DNA of 64,000 bases, from contig CM114271.1 in the NCBI GenBank assembly GCA_050084515.1, positions 43,276,001 through 43,340,000 of the forward strand, read 5' to 3'. The position numbers and the translations under genes are program-made. This DNA is from Blasia pusilla (taxonomy: Eukaryota). Position 1 is the stretch's first letter; the number at the start of each line of letters is the position of its first letter. Positions 37,801-50,262 of the stretch are shown here, piece after piece. Under the pieces are notes generated by a model. It saw only the letters and a list, made by a program, of their open reading frames with translations, did no database searches and was not told the origin of the DNA.

Positions 37801-39810
37801 CTTCGACAACCTACCGTGCATGAAAGAGTACATCCAGTGGATAAATCCGTGCTCCTTGTTGTAGCCATGTTGCTGCGTCTGAATAGTTTTTGATCGCCAG
37901 AGCCATTGCCCCTGTTATGGACAAGAGAACTTGTCAGCGCTGAAACCTTTATATTTCACTTCTCCCTAGCTGACATTATGGTGAGTAATTGTGCTTCAAT
38001 TAGGGTAACTTCACTCCACCAAGGTTACAATATTCAGAAAGAGGTCAAGATGCAGACCTAATCCACGCAGGCAAATCTTTTCATTCGGTAGTACCCGCAA
38101 GATCTCACGAAAGAGGGAACCCGCAAGCTGCAAAAAAATTACAGTCAGTGCTGCGACATAAATGTACTCTTGTAAACTCATATATATCATAATGTTTGAT
38201 TGAGCTACATCAAGGAATACCCTGCAACTAAACAGCAGACATGAACGGTATGCTTACCTTGTAACTCTTGACATGCTGAGCCTCAAGCGCTTTGCTAAGC
38301 ACAACCTGAATCAAGGGTATGTTCAGTTCTTGGAACATGGCAGTACTAGTTCTTTGGGACACGCTTCCAACTGACAGCCAAAACGTGACATGCAGCAGAG
38401 TAAAATTACAATCTGGCATGTCACTGCTACCATTACTTCTACTAAAACATGAGGTCTTTTCGATTCACGATGTCTAGATCTAGATGCATCCATATTGCAT
38501 GTCGTTGACAATCTACAGGGTTCCAAGTGAGTGTGAACTTCGGAGGGACTCTTTGGATGAGGAACAGAATCGACAGCAACCTGAGACGATATTGCAAGTA
38601 CATGGGTAATACATACTTTAAAAAGCTATTCACGCTTTGCCTATGTTCTCAAGAAAACAAGAAAATCCATCCAACCCCATGCAAAAGGAGAAACACATGA
38701 AATCAATGTAGCCTTCCTCCGACTAACTTTCTGACAGTTAATTTTTTGCCCATGTGTCATGTCCACCCTATGTGGTGGCAAACCCCTTTGTACCTAAGTA
38801 TTGTTGCATTCTGTGTTTTCCAGAGGCATACCGAGTCAGAAACCATACAAGATCACACTCCAAACCAGATGCTAAACCTTTAGAAGAATGCTCAAGGTCT
38901 AGCACTGCTCAAATCTTTAAGTTTGACGAAAAGATGTGCGTGTGGCACAGACTCCACATAGATAGACCCTAAGCCCTAAACAGCTGTGCCACACTTATAA
39001 CATTTCCAAAGAAAAATTGGTTGAAAACTTTCATTAGATGAACACACTTGCTGCATATCTCAACTGGTAACAAGGAATGTGTACAGGGTCATGACGTTAT
39101 AATGCACAGCCAGACAGAATGCTAGAAATGAAAGAAGGAATCCTCAACAAATCGAACGTACCCTTGACATGTTGCATTGCTTTCGATGATATTAGCCCAG
39201 ACTGTCTGAAGGCATAAGAAAAAACGCTGCAGCAAAAGAAAGCTCAGAATTTGATGAAATTGTGTGGATTCAAGCAACCAGTACAGAGACTTATACTCCA
39301 GCTTTGACTTGCTAACTTTCCTCCAGTTCCTGAAACAGTTATACACCGTTTGGACAACCAAATATTTCTTGCATGCTAGCTGCAAAATAATTTAAGACCA
39401 GAGCAGCCTAATTTTTGTTAATTTAAGTCACAGAAAAGAAAGACTATTGATCGTGTACAGAACTCAAACTCTGGATGCAAATCTAGTACAATGTTCCTGT
39501 CAAACTTACCAGCACAACAATAAATGAATACTATGAGCATATAGTCCACCCAGCAATTGGATCATGGCTGGAGAAACTGCTCCATGGAATATTTTGAATG
39601 AAAGAAATGGTTTCTAACCCATTGGCAGCTTATAGGTTTCTAGGATGCATTCCAAGGTCTTTGAATGGACTCCACTGGGCAAATTCACCACCAGATTTCC
39701 AGATTCTTGGCTTGAGCTCTCAATAAATGAACTTTGCGTTTGGTGAAGGCCCAGATCTTTTACATATTTTACCTCGGGAGAAATGTAGACTCTCACAAAA
39801 GTTAGCTACA
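31863..39810 (-). CDS. Multi-exon host gene: TPR-repeat protein with a C-terminal SGNH/GDSL-like domain (5' end uncertain)
   Basis: GT-AG exons encode TPR-like helices (LGDAHSGLGHYVEALEEYDQAL; LLKKNPNNLDALHDYG; AVELYEFAIKLSP), then RNEAAYF, LYLAGDSHCL, GEIDCREG, FVHPVPPV and DGTHLSPNY; stop at 31863. Confidence 0.8.
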
Positions 39811-41681
39811 GGAACACGGGCCATCTATGCTTGGTTTACAGGATGACACTCTCCTGAGGATTTTAAGGTGGTGAAGACCTCTGAAATCTCGACGCTTTTA
39901 ATCCAGCAGAATTTCCAGATTCTACAAATAAGCGTGGTATCGTTGCGTATTAAATTAGGTCATTCGTTCTCCCAAGGACTGTTCATACGTTTCGCATGGT
40001 TAGCGTCGAGACCTCTTTCTCCGGATGATCTTAACGACGTTCAACAACACAATGCCTACGGACGGATTGATAGGGAGCTAGTGAGATGAGGTCAGCAACA
40101 AGAGTATACACAAGAGAAACTTAAGGACGTGGTTACTCACTTACATTAGCAATCACTCTCTACATCCCAAGAGAAGAACAGAAAACTATTTCATAACCTA
40201 TTGGTCTCTGGCCATACAATAGCAAAAGCAGTAGCATTCCGTTCTTGGGGATGATGGTTTTCCAGGAGCGCATTGAGTTGCAGCCTGTTGTTGCGGATAG
40301 TCACGCTTCTAGACCTTGCTCTCGATCTCCTCTTCCAGCTCAAAACAACTCCACTATCATTTTGAAACTGCTGACATCTCCTGTAACAATTCTATTTCCA
40401 TTAGTACTACAGAGCAGACCTTCAACTAACCTTGGAATGTGCCGACTTTTAGGGGGTGTTTCGACCTAGGGTGCGATCGAGAAATACAACTGAAAGACCT
40501 ATTAACACACTGCTATATTAAGCGTGGGACAATTTCTGCTGCAGAGACCAGTCATGACAGGTAGAAAGAAGCGTTGACGTCACACTTGGAGATAGTGCGT
40601 TGAGCAACGCAATACTGGCATGAACCGATCCATGATCTAAAATACAAACAATCACATTGAAGTCAGTGGGAAACACTGACGCCTAAATTCAGGTTCCAAC
40701 CTAAGAGACAACAACGGCAAGCCATAGAAACGGGAGAAGATAAATCTTCGGACGAAAAGTTTAATCCTTTCAACAACAGAAACTCAACAGGCCCCTATCA
40801 AGCAACGATGAAATACGTTCGGAGGGAGAAATGAAGACACAGAATCCGGAAGACTAAATCTCCTTTACCATGATGCGCTTAAAACAGGTCTAAGACCCAA
40901 TTGTGAGTAAAGTAGGAACTCTACTGAGGAGCGGCCCCAGACGTGACAAAAGACCCTGCAATGTGTGGGCGGATGCAGAAGGTTGAGCGAGCCCTCAGAG
41001 AGTGTCAAGGACCATCCATAAAAAGAGAGGTTTATTAAAAATGTGAAGAAGGCGAGAGCGCTAGAAAACTTGTTGGGATTCCATAATCGCCCTTCTGAAT
41101 GACTCGGTTCATTGGAACTTGAAGAACATACAAATCGAGCGTCACAGAGCTCAAGGTTGGGTTGCTAAAACTTAGCGAAGAATTATTTTGAGCTTCAGAG
41201 CCCTGGAAACCAGTCTCCACATTTTCTTCGCTGAATTGAGTCTATCTTTACTGGGACATATCAACCCGCAGAATCTACCACTCAAAGACCGTCGTGGGAA
41301 GACTTTATTTACCTTCGTGAGTTAGTGGACGTTCGAGTCTTGTGAATCTACACGACGTGCTTGTGTCCCTGCTGTCCTTCACAACGCAAACGCACTATGT
41401 TGGAACCCATCTCCCTGTCTTTGTCCGAAGATTAACGTTCAAATTAGCATCAGCATCGACCCTCCCAGGACTGAAAGCTGGAAATGACATGATTACTCAA
41501 TCGCAGCCATGAACCAGCGCAAAATTCTTGAGAAATTTCTCAAACTCTCGTTTTATGTCCTCGCTCATGCAGATGGCATCATCCAAATTTGATGTAAGTA
41601 ATCTTCACTCCCAAGCCCTTTCCAGTCAGACCCTTGTTCTCACTCGCTCAGACTCACATTCTATCTGTAGACATTCGTTTG

Positions 41682-42389
41682 CTACACTTCCCCGAGTTCA
41701 GGTGTTTCCACTGCATTGCTGCCTCGGACTCCCCGCAAGCCTATCCACCTGTTGTACTTCGATATTGATTTCATGGTCTGGTGACTGTTCGGGCGGACAC
41801 TTGTTTTGGAGCAGATCCTGGAAATTTGGGTTTCACAGAGAGGGCATACGCGTTGAATCTCCATGTCACAATCCGACAATGCGACTTGCAAAACCTCTTT
41901 GCGTGGTTTGAGTGAAAGGGTGGGAACGATGTTTCCGGAGAGTACATGGCTCCAACAACCCCAATCGTCAAGGATCATGTGATGGCAAACTTTACACGCT
42001 TTAGTGACATACTTAAAGGCAGCATATGTCGACAGCGGCCTATCTTGAGGCTGCAAGACCATGAGATACAGGACTTTCCCAGAATACACACATCCCCATT
42101 CAAATCTCACAACCATGGACACAATTTCGCTCAAGGGTCGGTAAAACTCGTAATCGATCACTTCACTTAACCGTGCAGGTGGATGGTTTACAATCTTTGA
42201 ATCATCTCGGCCAGCCCTCCGATATCGAGGGAAGAAGTAGTAGCTACGGACAATAGAGTTAGCCTCGTCAAAATTCAGGATCTCAGACTGTAACAAAACT
42301 CGGTACTGTGTGTGTTTGAGTGTCCGCAGAGGAAAGTTTGGTACGCTTGAATTAAGGCGGTGGCACTCGATGTGGACTTGTGGTGGCAA
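41682..42389 (-). CDS. Hypothetical 235-codon ORF, unknown product
   Basis: Long open frame with CKVCHH and CPLC pairs; non-ATG start and no recognised domain. Confidence 0.3.
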   Translation of the reverse strand: MPPQVHIECHRLNSSVPNFPLRTLKHTQYRVLLQSEILNFDEANSIVRSYYFFPRYRRAGRDDSKIVNHPPARLSEVIDYEFYRPLSEIVSMVVRFEWGCVYSGKVLYLMVLQPQDRPLSTYAAFKYVTKACKVCHHMILDDWGCWSHVLSGNIVPTLSLKPRKEVLQVALSDCDMEIQRVCPLCETQISRICSKTSVRPNSHQTMKSISKYNRWIGLRGVRGSNAVETPELGEV

Positions 42390-43011
42390 TCGATTCTAAC
42401 TTAGTTGATCCTCCGATCGTAATCAAGGCATACCAAACGCCTGGAAAGTAACAGCACCCAATAGAATTATGGCTCATACAACATGATCCCCGCTTGAGCA
42501 TCCCCAGAGTGGGTCCAGCCCCACTGTACCAGCCCTCAAAAACTTAACTCGGACTAATGGAATAGCCTCGAACTTCTCTGTGCGATTAGTCCAACACTTT
42601 GAAAACACCCAATACAGCATTTTCTACACTTGCGTGACCCGGACACTCCCAACACAATCACTCGTTCATCCATACAACCTCGCCATAAAATATTCCTGAG
42701 TGAGAAACTACTTTGCAAACTCCACCTTCCATGGGGTGATGATGGCATACACAACCACTATCGAATTCGCCATTACAAAAGTTGTTGTGTGCATGTAACC
42801 AACGAGGCCAAAGTTTATAACAGGATTCTCTCGTAGACATACTTAAGCTCCCGCTGAGACTTAAGAGACTCGTATGCAGAGGACTACAGGAAACTTGTGC
42901 CTTGAACTCATCTCCTCAGTAACTTCTAGCTTTGAGAAATAAGGGCGAAATCTGCAACAAGGAAACCCAGGGCATGAAGATTGCCCATTTCGACGTAAAC
43001 GAGAGCACCTC

Positions 43012-45852
43012 TCAAACTAGCTCAGATATCTGCAGACAGGACAGGCGGCGTCGATCAGAGTCTGGCTGATGAATGGGCACACAGTTCAAGTTGGACATCA
43101 GTATGAAAAAACTCCCAACCAGACACAAACGCTCTTACCTCAATTAGTAATGAGCTCTATCTAACCCAACATAGACATCAGTATGGAACGTGATTCTTAG
43201 GTTAAATGCAAGCTTTCAATGATTCTTTCTATCATCGCCAAGGAAAAGGTGAGAGCTGAGGAGCACATGGACATGAGGCTGACTTTATACAGGAACATAC
43301 ACAAGCACATACACGGAAACTCAATTGACATCTAAACAATCCCTACTCATCACATGCAGCAGTTGCTACTCTTCAATAACGACCTCTAAGATGGCCTAAC
43401 AGAGGGGGAAAAAAAAAAAAGGCAAAATTGGACATACATTTATAGGCATTTCATCAATCACGATACCCGAGCTCTCCTCAATGTTTCTAAGCGCCCCAAC
43501 GTCAGCGCCAACAATCACATTAATGACCATCCCTCCTGGAAAAGAGAAACTCAAATAAAGTTAGTCCTCCTGGGGTCACTAGCAACCGCTTTAGGTACAG
43601 CATGAAGGAAGGTCACTTCAAGATCCTCAATAGTGACTGATCATTCTCAATCGTAATATTAGGAACCCACAGTTACCCACCTGCAAACAACCCACTATTG
43701 CCAGAAACATTGATAGCTGTTGAAGTACGAGCATTCACAGGTGGTAATGCTCCGCTGCCAAATGCAGGAGTCCCTAAGCATGCTGCCATCCTCCTTGAAT
43801 AAGCTTCCTGGAGTAGGATACAAATTTCTCATGAAAATTCTAAGACCTTCCAAGTGGTTTCAGTCAGGGTTAATTCCAAAGATTTGCCTACATATCTCTC
43901 TGGATTGAAGTGCTACAAGGAAGGCAATCATTGGTGCTCGAACTGCTTTGTTCATGGGTAAAATACTGATAATCTGTCACTGGTTGGTCAGTATTGACAA
44001 AACTATTCTCCTTACCTCCACCATCCAGTTGTATACATTGGTAATATGAGTCAACCAGAAACATTAAGTACCTTCTTAGATGGAAGGTCAAAGTTAATCA
44101 TGACTCGAGCAAACAGGGGAGTCTCCCCGAGAGCGTGTAATGGTAAGCAAGCATCTGTCATCACAAGCACTGGAGATAACCCACATCTTGCCTCTTCTTC
44201 TGAGCTCTTCTCCATCGCACTCTGTTCAATATTGTCATAGTTCCATTGTGACATTGCCAGCTGAAAGTGCTCAAGTGTCGTTGCACGCTCATTGTCTCCA
44301 AGGTCACTGTGCTGCCCAGAGTTGTAACAAACGTTGCATTAACTTGCAAGAAAAAGTCAGAGCCCAATCTCAACCAGAAACGCCTGTGCACAAATCCTCC
44401 TCTTAGAAAATGGCAAGTCTAGGACTATTCAGGGAGGATCAACAGATTGTTAAAGTTCTAAAGAACTCGTAAAATGTAGGAATACCTCGGCATTGACAGA
44501 GACACTACACTACCTTCAAATAATGTAAAGACTACATGAATTCTTTGGCTTTAGAAACAACGCAAGTCCCGTCCTGGAAAGCAAGTTGAAACCACCTTAT
44601 ATCTTTGTGCATACTATTGTGGGAGAAAATAGCTCACTTTCACTCGCATGAAGTCAGCCCTGGTTCCCAAACGTCCATTACCAGTCCAAAACACAGAGAC
44701 CAATATGCATCCCTACATCTGCAAACAGACTTTTGCTTTTGGTTTTCAATTAAGCAAGACATCTAAGAAGCTCGACAGTTTTTAAAAAAAAAAAAATTAA
44801 GTGAGCCTTATAGGAAAGTGTCCAGGGCTTCACTGTGAACTTCACCAATGCACATACCTTAGCACATCACTAAACACCCGTTTACCCCAGCTTAAATTAA
44901 TACACCAGAAGGATACCCAAGATGATCATTTCAAGTTTCTATCATGTATGACCCCTTGAAGGCCAGAAGAAAAGCAACGTACCAGAAAGCTAACAGCAAA
45001 CTGATCAGAACCGGAAACAGTCGCACAAATGGCGTCCAAACTATCTCGTGCGCCGCAGCAAATCGCAACAGGAAGCCCAGCTCTTCTTCCCAGAACCTTC
45101 AGTAGATCCACGAAGGTTCCCTGTAGCCCTCAAGTGCATCATAGGTTCATCCAACGAACAGAAGCTCAAATGGTTAGATAATCAAAAATTTCATCTTCAT
45201 CTTCGCATCCTAACGTGCACACAGAACGCACCAACAGGTCCTGCAAGCGTTAAGGAAATCTCCTAAACGTGAGACTGCATCTTTACCAATCCAGGCAATT
45301 CTTAACACAACTATGCGACTTTAAGTAAACGTCGTCAGCGAAGGCAATTCTCGCTCATGCCTCTTAAAGGAGATCTCGAAATTTAAATTTCTACCAGAGA
45401 ACGCACAAATTCAGCTGTAATGTCACTGAATACAACAACTCTACTACAACTGACTTTATGCGATCACTGTTAGAAATCTAAATTTCAAGAGCAAATATCT
45501 GTCATGCACGACTAAGAAAACTCCATCAAATGACCTGAAATCATGAGTGCGGGAGGTCGGCACAGACACCATCTTAAATTGCGCGCGATCCACCGCAATG
45601 TAGTATTGTCGTACACCATCTCCATCCCGCTGCCTGCACGCAACGAAGCCTACCACTCACAATTCGCATGATACGCAGCCTTCCTTGAACTTCCCCCAAC
45701 CGGCGTCAAAATCTGGACACACGATTGCCCGAAAACATATTCCACTACACACCGTCGACCAAATCATCGCACAACACGCTTCGTCAAACGATCTCTCACC
45801 TGATACAACTGCTCGCATCCGACGCTCCGTACGACGACGCCTCTGCTGCCAT
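43012..45852 (-). CDS. Multi-exon host gene: plant eIF4A-like protein consisting of the helicase C-terminal (RecA2) domain only
   Basis: Exons join as MAAEASSY..R|QRDGDGVRQYYIAVDRAQFKM|..DLLKVLGRRAGLPVAICCGARDSLDA|..VLVMTDACLP..ARVMINFDLPSKK|EAYSRR|..MVINVIVG..IEESSGIVIDEMPIN|ISELV*, with GT-AG junctions. Confidence 0.85.
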
Positions 45853-48779
45853 GATGAACCTCTGCTGGGGCAGGACTGCCGGTCCAATCCCAAAACGAGT
45901 GACAGGAATCGCAGAAATCGGAGCGTTTACGAGAGGAGTTCGAGCGACGATGATATCGATTGAATGAGTTGCACTTCCTTCCCGTCCCACTCCAGAATCT
46001 CCCTCCCTCGCCAAAGTTTAAACCCTCCCCAAACGGTGGTAGGTAGAGACCCTCATGGAGAGAGTTTACACACGAAGTTTACGATAAATACAAATGTACA
46101 TGAAAGATATGACAGTACTTGTGTTCTAAGAATGGAAATGGAAAAGGTTTAGGGTGGTTTGCAAAGATAAAAACAAAAAAAGTATGGTTCACAAATGTAG
46201 ATGATTTTTTCCCGTAGGATGTCTTCAACTTGATATTTCCGTCCATGGAAATTTGCTCCAGCAAACCCAATGATTAAGGAAATGATGTGAAGATTACGAC
46301 ACGTGTCTCAACTACTGAAAATCATACCTAAACCCCCTTATTTGAGAGAGAAAAACAACAAATTTTCTTTACTTTGGGAATTAAAAATCATATTTTTCCC
46401 CTTCATTTGGAGAAAAACAAGGACCGCTTCCCTTTTCCAACCTTTATTTTCCCATTTCCAATGAAAATCACTCTATGTCATTTTGATATAAAAAAAAAAA
46501 TTCACTCCACCTCTTCTATTCTCATTCTCATCTTTAATCCCAAATCTTTAAGTTTTTTTTGAAATAAAAGAGGTAAAGGGGATTTTTCTTTTAAAAAAAA
46601 CTACGGTATACCTGCGCAAATCATGGATTTAAATTGCCTTAAAATAATGATTAACTCTAAATTTTTCAAATGCATTTTAAATGAACTTTGAACAATCCTA
46701 TTACCTGAGGGTGCCGAATGTCAAAAGGAGAGAAGTTTGAAAAATGAAGGGGCACTCTCCCCTAATAATATGGATAAAAGAGGAGAGGGGGGTGTTGCAA
46801 AATAGGCCAAAGGGGGTTGGAGGATTTCTAAATGAAGAAAGGACGATATATATAGTTTAAAAGTAAGAGGATGCCCAAATGGGAAGTGGAATTGAGGTTT
46901 TTTCATAAATCATCTATATTGTTGTGGGAAAATCCATACATCCATATCCAAAAAAAAATTCATAATGGTTTTACATGATGAAAAGGAATTAAAAAATTTA
47001 GGGATGAATGTCAAGACTTTTAGAAAGTTGAGTGAGGTTACACATATGGGTTCTTTATAATACTCATTCAAGAGGCAATGGTGACCTATGTGCATGGTTC
47101 TTTGTGCATTGAATGAAAACCTTGGAGAGGTTGTCCTCCCTTCTATGTTTGGTGGCATATTTTTGGGCTTACGTATTAATGATGGCATTTGGGCTTATAA
47201 ACTTCAAGTGAAATGTGTCGATACAAAAAATATCCTCATCCATAAGGTCTGCCCTTATTGTTCTCACATTTGGTTCCTATGGAGAGAACCATGTGTAGTG
47301 TCTATGTTTATGGAGAGATAGTATATTAGCACTTCGGATCATTTATGGCATGTTTTTGTTAGATAATTTATATCGCATTAAACTTCTAAGAAAGGGAATA
47401 TACCTCTTTTATTGTATGGAGCTTTAGTTCTATTGGGTTAAAAGTAGACTCAAGTTGATATTGGGGTTATACATTTGTCATAAAATGTACTAAATTACAT
47501 ATCTTTGATATAAGCATGGTGTGCATGTCTAATGTATCTAAGCCATATTATGATGGAATGTGGTGCTCAAACCATTTAAGCATATGTCTTCAAAATTCCT
47601 AACAAACACATATTTCTACATAAAGACGATAGCATGTTAATCTTCAATAATATTGCTTTTCAAATCACTTTTAGGAATCTTTCTACTCACAATTTCTAGG
47701 TTATTGGGGTTTCAAGAACATGCATTAATGTTTCTTCTCTAAACCCAAATAACCTAGAAGTTTACATGTTTGTGGCAACATCATATATTATAATGGTAGG
47801 AGAAGGTTGTAGAGAATCTTGGCTAGAAATCCATGTGGAGGCCTCATAAGAGATATGGGGGATTCTAAGGGATAGATAGAGGTCCATAAGGAGGACCACT
47901 CGTTGATTGGAGTTGGATAGTAACTAAAAATAGAAAAAAATTTCAGGAGGATATCGAGATGGATCTCAACGTCAAGAGAGATCTATGCAATGTGTGCACG
48001 GTTGGAAACCCTAAAGCTACAAGAAGAAAATTAGGTTTTTATGAATTTTCAATGAATGTCTTGTGCACAATACAACTCCATTGGTGAAGTTATATTTTAA
48101 TTATACTTTAGACCAATATGGTAATCAAATTCTAACATTAATGGAAATAAAGAAAAAAATTGCCTTTAATATTCATATTCTCAACAATTGTAAAGTGAAA
48201 ATAATCTTACACAAAGTATATAAGAATAATTTGGAAATGAATAAAATGTAAATCAATATTATGTAAAAAAATATATGATGTTAATTAAAGAAAAGGTTTA
48301 ATCAATACCTTTGAAGACATAATAAACTAAAGTTATACTCTTAATAAAGGATAGATTTATGGAATCCTTCCTCATGTTGTTAATATGTGTCCTTTAAGAA
48401 CTCCTCCCTTGTTGGACGTGCAAATTTGAAGGAGGGTGTTAAGTCCAGATAAAAAGAAGAAATCTAAGTGAAGGAGAGAGCATGCAAGAGAGACAAGACG
48501 AAGGGAATGGACCAAGAGAGAGGAGCAAGAAAGGGCATATTTGTTTTTTACCACACAAAAAAAACATACATAGTCTCCTGCATAGCACAAGGAATCCATT
48601 ACTAATTTTTCGGATGAGTATGAAGAATTTCACTTCAAACAATATAATTTGACTCACAGTATCATTTGCTTGGAAAGATTAGTTACTTTAATAACCCATA
48701 ATTAGAGCCATCCATTAAGGTATTGCATGAATCTAAGCCCTTAGATACTCCAAAACCTTACAAATTTATTTAAGGAGGA

Positions 48780-50262
48780 GGATCCCTCGGGGTGCTTGGG
48801 ACCTCAACTCTACTTTGGGAAGCCAAGGCATTGAATGCATCGGTAGGTCGACATTGAGGTGTGAACACCAAGCCGAGTCCAAGGGAGTGAATTTCGAAGT
48901 CACCCTTGGATTCCAACCCATGACTCATTTCTTGGGTCTTGGTTAGGGACTTATGCAAGGTTCGTTGGAAAATTGGAACCGCTAGACATGCGAACAAAGT
49001 TTTAGGTGCCTAAACTATCTAGAAAGTATGTCCGAAGTTTAGAAAGACTTACTACTATTTGGAAGTGAAGAGTTAGGACTCATTTATCTTAATGAATGGC
49101 CCGAGTTGAGAATTTGGGGAGTTGGAAGGCTGGCTGACTCAAACCAAGACTAACGATAGTGTGTTTGGGTGCTAATCAGCAAAGTGAGCGTGACATAATA
49201 AAGGTACACTTTCACAACATTTGAGATTAACGTTCAGGAGGAGTAGGCGCATTGTCGTGACCCTCATGACCAAACAAGTGCCAAGCGGAACATCGGAACA
49301 TTAGCGGGCTCACGCTAAGATGGTTTGCGCGTTGGAGTTGTCTCAAAGAGGAGACAAGAGACGAGACGTGAGCGAGAAGTCGCGTTTCGGATGTGATGGT
49401 CGCGACTCATAAACCTGGACCAAACGCGGAATGAGACTTGAAAGAAGTCGAGTCTAGGAAGTGGGTTGCCAAAAGGAAGATCCGGATTTGGAACGCCACT
49501 AGCGTTTGAGAAATTCCGACTATATTTATGGCCATAACTTTTAGCGCCGAGATGCGGTTGGAGCAAATAAGAGTGCGTTCGAAAGCTTATGGAGAGCCAC
49601 TCCAAACGCACTAAAGATGGATGAAAACGCATAAGCAGCGGCCGAGATACGACCCGAAAATGACTGTAAGTGGAGTCGGGTTGAGGGCCACAATGAAGGG
49701 CCCGAACCTCTTTTCCCAAAGGGGAGGGGTCATTGGAGAACCCCAGAAGTACTAGTAAGGGGTAAGGTCTCCGAGAGTGCTTGGAACCCAAACCCCACTT
49801 TGGGCGCCGCGGGGCGGCTCAAGGGCATGGAACGGAACGCGAGTTTGGGGGTTGGGTTGGAAAACCTGCACCAAGTCCAGTGAGGCGATTTTAGACATCC
49901 CTCTTAGATTCCACCCCGCGACTCAATTACTTGGGTCTCGGTTCGGAACTCACCCGAGGACCGTTGAACAGTTGGGATCGCTAGGCGCGCAAGTGCCGTT
50001 TCAGATCCTTGGACTAACCAGAAAGTCTTTCCAAGTCTTGAAGGACTTGCCATGTGTTGGAAGCTAGGAACTAAGGAAGGTTGAGCTTGATGAGACGCCG
50101 AGTTGAGGACTCGGTGGGTTGGAACGCCGGTTGGCCAAACCCGACTAACGAGAGTGCGTGTTTGGGTGCAGATCGGCGATGAGTTCGTGACCTACTGAAC
50201 GCACACTTCCGCAACACTAAAGATTGACGTTCAATGAGAGTAGGGGCGCGACACGCATGGCA
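48780..50262. mobile_element. Older LTR remnant with a younger related solo LTR nested near its end
   Basis: 48790-49250 aligns by eye with 49780-50250 (diverged). The left boundary is approximate. Confidence 0.7.
49253..50253. mobile_element. Solo LTR (1001 bp)
   Basis: tgtcgtga...gcgcgaca with a perfect 5-bp TSD cgcat. Confidence 0.9.

Noticed and set aside
46080-48700. AT-rich region with short ORFs, possibly old TE debris
   Set aside because: No recognisable motifs, termini or TSDs.
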